Of a stretch of DNA of 64,000 bases, positions 58,594 to 64,000 are shown piece by piece. The stretch is from positions 99,624 through 163,623 of the forward strand of contig DF237114.1 of the NCBI GenBank assembly GCA_000708835.1. The letters are read 5' to 3'. A model generated the notes under the pieces. That model saw nothing but the letters and a program-made list of their open reading frames with translations. It searched no databases and was not told the origin of the DNA. The translations under genes and the position numbers were made by a program. Positions within the stretch are counted from its first letter, which is position 1; each line of letters starts with the position of its first letter. The stretch comes from Klebsormidium nitens (lineage: Eukaryota; Plantae; Klebsormidiophyceae).

Positions 58594-61500
58594 CTAGTCC
58601 ATCTCGTCATACGAAGGGTCGATTGCGCCGACCATCATTTTGACCAGCCACAAGTGGGGCGTCAGATCCACGCCTTTCTTCCTGAACTCCTCCGCCTCTA
58701 GTTCGAAGTACGACGTGCAGTCGATGATGTCTCCAACTTCGGGATGGTTGTCCAGCCTCTCGAGAAAGGCCTGCGCGCGCTGATCGCGGCCAACCTGGAG
58801 CGGAAAAAGTCAGGGAGTGTGAAAGCATGGTGAAAAGAAACAGATCTGCATCCATTCATACTCTTTCAGGGGAACAATAGGGAAAAACCATTTTCCCCGC
58901 TCGATATTTTTCCGGGGGATAGCACTGTTTTGCTCCTCCGGGGATATTCTCTCCTGGATTTTGAAGAAGGGAAGACCTGTCGCCCCTGCTGACGTGTCTG
59001 TCTCCCCCAGTCGTCGGGGGAATTCTCTTCTAATGCGCTCAATTTAGGGGAGCCTTCCCTCCTTATTTCAAGGGGAGAACCGGGGGAGAAACTGGGGGGA
59101 ACGCCAAGTCCCCTCGTGCAAACGGGCAGAGAAGGCGGAAACGACATCTGCTATTGAACATAAAACATTTCCTTCGAAGCTCTCTTCTCAGACAGGAGCG
59201 GCGCCCGATTGAGGCGGAACTGTAGTGGTACAAGACTTCGGACAGATTCGCTGGTGTTTCATGCCCTTTGAAGGGCCGTCAAACCAGATACAACTTCAGC
59301 ACGGCTGTCGGCCACTACCTGACTGCCCGATTCAAGCGAATCCGTGCATGTTTGGAAAGCGAAGTCATGTACACGAGCAAATCCGTTTCCCACTAAAACT
59401 CACTCAAGCCAACAGGAAACGGATACGGTAAGTATATCTTCCACGGCGGCTTATACTAGAATGCGAACTGTGAAGAGCCAGGCTTATCCGCAGTCTTTGG
59501 GTGAACAAGATTTTGACAGAGCCCTGACGACAGAGTAGGTCTTTGGGTTTACCTCCCAGTAAGAAGAATGTTGCAGCTCCGAAAGCTTGCAGATTCATTG
59601 CCCCCGGTGCACACGTTTCGCAGTATCCGACCACCCCAACCTAACGTACCTGTGCAAACTGGAACGCCACCGCCTTAGGCCCGTACTGCGGCGCCAGCCT
59701 GCGCTTCGCGCCCGCGATGGTATGCAGGATCGCGTCTCGCGGGTTGTCCGTTGGCTCACCGTCGGTTATGGTGATCACCAGAACCGGCTTCTGCAGCTCG
59801 CCGGCGGCCGCGAAGCGGAAGACCAGACTGTCGAGCACGTTCCGTTGCATGCTGCCGGCCAGGGGCGTCAAGCCCTGGAAGCGGACCTGGTTGACAAGGT
59901 TCTCGGCGTCCTCCTTGTTGCTGCATGTCAAAATGCTCAAAATCACGACATGGGCTAGCAGTGCTGTGCACAGAGAAGATGTCAGCAGTAGTAGTCGTCT
60001 CGTTTCATGTTGAGTCACGGTATGTTCAATCAGAAGATGGGTGGGGTTGGTACGAGGGTGGATACGGGTGTGGAGCACGTTGACTGTGGGATGAGGGTTT
60101 TGGTTTCTTTGAGCCCGGGGACTTGGGCATTCAACTCTACATTGAATCGAGACTTTTATCGAGCAGAAGTTCGTAAAGCCTGAGCAAGAGGATCTGCCAA
60201 AAACCGTGCCATTGACCCCCTTGAACATCGGGAGTTTTGCCGATCACCAGGGCCTGTCGACCTTCTTCGGTTCTGCTATGTCAAAGGGATGCTCGAGTGG
60301 ACTACTGACTGAATACTCTTCAAGCTGTGCTTGTCTCTCGTACAGCGGTCACGAGCCCACATGATAACGTCGCCAGAAATTTACAAGCCCGATCACGCAT
60401 CATAGCCCAAAGGGTCCGGAACTCCGCCCATTGATAAACATATATATAACTCTCGAAGTGTCTTCAAGAGCTCAACATATGGTGAGAACCAAGATAACGC
60501 CGAAAAGTGAACCTGAACTTCCACTTGCTCCGCACCCATGCCCACCCGAATAACCCCCAAGTCCCAACAGGTCATTTCAACATAACTTGGGTTTAATATG
60601 GTCAATCCAAGCTGAGACCAATCCCACGAAGAGGCCCGACTTGGGCACCTCGAATGAAGGCTTCTTACCGGATCCCGTTGCCCTCCAAGCGCGAGTTCAA
60701 AAACCGAATGACGATCCCGTCCTGGTCAAAGAGGGTGGCGACCTCCGCCACTTTGCTTAGAATTTCTTTCAAGTCTTCGATGCGCTCGCCGTTCTCCTCG
60801 AAGCTCATTGAGGAAGAGTCGTCGACCAAAATGACAGTGTCATATAGAGCAAGGGCGGCCAGATCGATGGCCAGCTCTTTGGGCATACCCCAACTGCAGT
60901 GGTAGGACAGGGCAAAGTTGAGGAAGCCTTGTTTCTGAGAGCAGAATAGAGTGACTTTTGGCGATTAACCATAGTCGGTTACGGGCTGGTTCGAAGTGGT
61001 CAACTGTGTAATAATCAGACTCGAGCCGTGACCAGGTTTCAAAAATGGCTATTAACAGTTATTGGTCAAAGAACCAGACGAAAGCCTTGGTTAGCGAACC
61101 TGGTTAGCAGCCAAACCTTCCTTCGAACGGTTTCAACTTGGTGGCAACTTCGACAGCAAATGGCAAGATAGAGCCTTGAAGATCTAGATGGGTAGGGTCG
61201 AGTGTTTGGTGGTACCGGGCGGGTGGGCACTGATTGAGTTATGCATAAAGAAAGTGCAAACGAGTCCAGTGAGGGCTCAAAATGTGTAGAATTGGAAGGG
61301 GAGAGAGCAAGTTTGCTGGCCTAGTGATATTGAGGAGAAAAATTGGGTTGAGGTTACTTCAGCAAGAAAGGTTTGAAGAATGCGGGAGAAGTCGAGCCCA
61401 ATAAGCCCTCGTCAAGACATTTTGAAGGGTTTTGGTCGTCACTGCTAGGCAAAAGGAATGCGAACGAAGAAGGCTTGTTATTCAACCCTAATCTTACATA

Positions 61501-62734
61501 AGCGGAGATTTCAGGAGGAGGCTCGTTATTCAACCCCAATGTTACATTAGCGAAGATCTCAGAAGGTGTTCTGTAGGAGTGACGACAGGCAGGGGACAAG
61601 AACAGTCCCCTGGGGGGTTGCGCAGACAAACTCTTCCCATACGGAGAAAGCTTATGAGTTGAGAGTATATTGGATGATGGGCTACTAGGCAATCACCCGT
61701 AAGCGCCCCTCCACAAAGTCCACACCTTTCTTAGCCATTTGATTGAGGGCAAAGACGAGAGGACTTTGAGATCATTCTATGCAACAACCCATAAGAATAC
61801 TGGCTTTGTTCCATGAGAAAAGTCCGAAACAAAAGCTTTGAGGCACCCATCTGGCTGCAAGAAAGTCGAAGTTGATAGAGCTGTCGATCGTCTGTGCCAG
61901 GCTTTGAGTGGCCTGGTGTGTGTAGAACTTCTCAAGGCCGTTCACTTGGACGATGCTCTGCAGCCTTGCAAGGACCCCAGGCACGTGCCCTGCACACATG
62001 CCGACAAGATGAAAGTGAAAATGATGTCAGAAATGTTGCAAAAAGAAGCAACTGTGTAACACATGACCTTCCCAAGAATCCACATAGGGGAAAGTAACGT
62101 CAACCAAGCTGGATTACTACGGCTGTATGACTTTCTACCAGACGAAGCTCTATAGAAGCTGGTTAGTTGCGCTGTAACAGATTTGGTTGAGAGCGCAAAC
62201 TTCCCGCGATTTTGCAGTAAGGCAGCATCTTCCCCCTTGCTCACAGACGATTTACATCACAAAGAGACCCTTCTTTCTCTGCCGCATCTCAACATCAAAG
62301 ACAAGTAAAAGGACTTCCAAGGAGCCCTTTGGTTCTCAACAATGATGAAGAGACAAGACAGCATCGCTGATTGCCTGCAGCACAAAGACCTGCATCAAAG
62401 GAGATGTTCTAGACACGGGTCTGCAAACAGCATGCGGCATACAGCCACACTTTGACCTCGCCCAATCAAAACAGGTCTCACCTTGATGCTGCTGACTCCT
62501 GCCAGGCTGAGTCCCCGAATACTGTTGAACCCCCTGCTGTCCCAGCGGAGAATGCTGGCCCGTACCAGGATACTGTTGGAACGAGCCCCCTCCCTGAAGT
62601 GGCATGGACAGCTGTCCCAGAGCTGTCTGTGGCCGCGCGCCATGGCTGGCGGACATTTGGAGGCCATTGCTTTCGACCAGTGGCTGCGGCGGCTGCGCAG
62701 GACCGCCCGCCTTCAGCTTACTCGCGAAACCCAT
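58594..62734 (-). CDS. vWA-domain protein with Gln/Gly-rich N-terminus, about 362-377 aa. Exons 62734-62482, 61989-(61851 or 61847), (60893 or 60934)-60669, 59920-59650, 58794-58594
   Basis: Intact MIDAS elements: VILVDDSSSMS (DxSxS), GLTPL and ITITDGEP. Also AFQFAQ|VGRDQRAQAFL and C-terminal WLVKMMVGAIDPSYDEMD. The intron 2 boundaries are ambiguous. Confidence 0.85.
60952..61122. mobile_element. Short dispersed repeat, MITE-like, copy 2 (intronic)
   Basis: Aligns with 4205-4379: ttttggcg.ttaaccatagt.ggttacgggctggtt ... cagactcgagc ... gtgaccaggtttc ... ggttagcgaacctggtt.gcagccaaaccttcct. Confidence 0.6.
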
Positions 62735-64000
62735 GTTTTCTTCCTGCTGAGAATGTAGCACGAGCGATTGAAAGAAGCGCTGGTTGCGGCAGGCGGTTTG
62801 CTTGGAGCGCTGAACGCGAGAAGCTGCTGCCTAATAGAGGGGCCCTCGTTGCAGCGAGCTCTGCAGCCGCTCAGAAATGAGACCTTGGCCCCAGAGAGCT
62901 TCGAGAAAACTTTGCACTTGAGAGGATGGGTCGGTGGCAGGTCAAGGAGACGGCTTCAATCAGGTTGTCAGCGTCTGCTAGAGATTTTACTGGAGAATTC
63001 TACGTTTTGCGCACCATTCATTGATAGGTACTGAGCTCAGTGAGAGAGCCGAGAGCCAGCGCTCAGTGGAATGCAGTCTTTGGACTCTGGAGTCACTCTT
63101 GAACATCAGCATTAGCCTTAAAACAGGTAAGTACCGTATGAGGAGGTACGGTACTTTGGGGGAGTTCTTGATTCGGATGGTGACCACCCAGCCGTCTGTC
63201 AAAAGATCCCTCTCCGGAAAGATCCTTCTGCTTGTGGCAGCGCGACCCTTGCCATTGGACTAGGTAATTGTGATTGGTCGCAGCCGGCAAAAGTAGAGTA
63301 TGTAACTTCACTAGTTTCAACTGCAACGTAGGCATGACATCACCGGTACCTACAGTGAACAGTGCGGCGGTACGCTACCGTGTCAAAAATGGTCTGTACC
63401 GTGCAGTGCTCAACCGGGCACTCAACTGCCGGCCGACTCATGGCAGAGTACGGTAGCTGTCGACATCCATGTCGACATCTGATCGACTTTTCTCGCGACA
63501 GCTCGATCAGCCAGGGGCCACTAGACGTGACGGCGGCCTCTGTACTATGTACCGTAGTCTGTACGGCCCGCCGGGGGGTTCACCATCTGTTCAATGGCAT
63601 TATTTCTACGGCCCAGATTCCGCGCGCGTGCCGAACGGCATATCAACGGCGTCGATAGCAACCGGCACGTCTCTCCGGGGGCGAGAACCGTCAATGTGCC
63701 GGTAAGTTGGACCGTGTACCGTAGAGGAATCTCGGGTCGGGACCCCCTGCTGGGTGTGTTGCGCGGAAGTGGATCGGCTGGGCGCCGAGAGGTCGATTTA
63801 GGGCCCGGGCCGGCCGGGGAGGTTAACAGTCTGACCCAACTCAAGACCAGACCCCGCCGGACGGGACCGTCAACCTAGTGTCCGGGGATAGTTCACGAGT
63901 AGACTGGGAAAAGGGCCCGGAATGACCAAAGCGTCTATTTAAGGAGAAGTCGCCCAGCCGCTGTGATATAACCTCCACTAACTAGCAAGTAGCCCGGCCA

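Noticed and set aside
58900-59110. G-rich degenerate ccgggg(g)a repeats in vWA intron 4
   Set aside because: Too degenerate to define a unit or to link to a junction echo.

Overview
Intron-rich eukaryotic nuclear DNA. The gene content (plastid- and mitochondrion-targeted plant-type proteins, GT-AG introns, GC3-rich exons) suggests a streptophyte green alga, most likely Klebsormidium-like; this is inference. I reconstructed nine spliced genes by hand using splice signals and phase consistency. In order: a 5'-truncated modular Gly/Pro-rich protein with two DUF642-like domains (+), a SnoaL/NTF2-like protein (-), mitochondrial-type ribosomal protein uL24 (+), plastid HAD phosphatase PYRP2-like (+), RUS4-like DUF647 protein (-), a 21-exon GAF + LOV-like PAS hybrid histidine kinase (+), ORC5 (-), a homologue of Arabidopsis At5g03900 (+), and a vWA-domain protein (-). 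The most striking pattern is that at least 13 splice junctions in four genes are flanked, inside the intron, by one to three decaying tandem copies of the junction itself ('junction echoes'). Some copies keep GT/AG and frame, and could give mutually exclusive exons or truncated isoforms. Other notable items: a putatively acylated hybrid kinase whose LOV-like domain lacks the photoactive Cys, CATG-dense blocks between convergent genes, a perfect intronic hairpin, a two-copy MITE-like repeat, and a frame-required non-canonical donor in the vWA gene. Family assignments rest on remembered consensus sequences; no searches were run.
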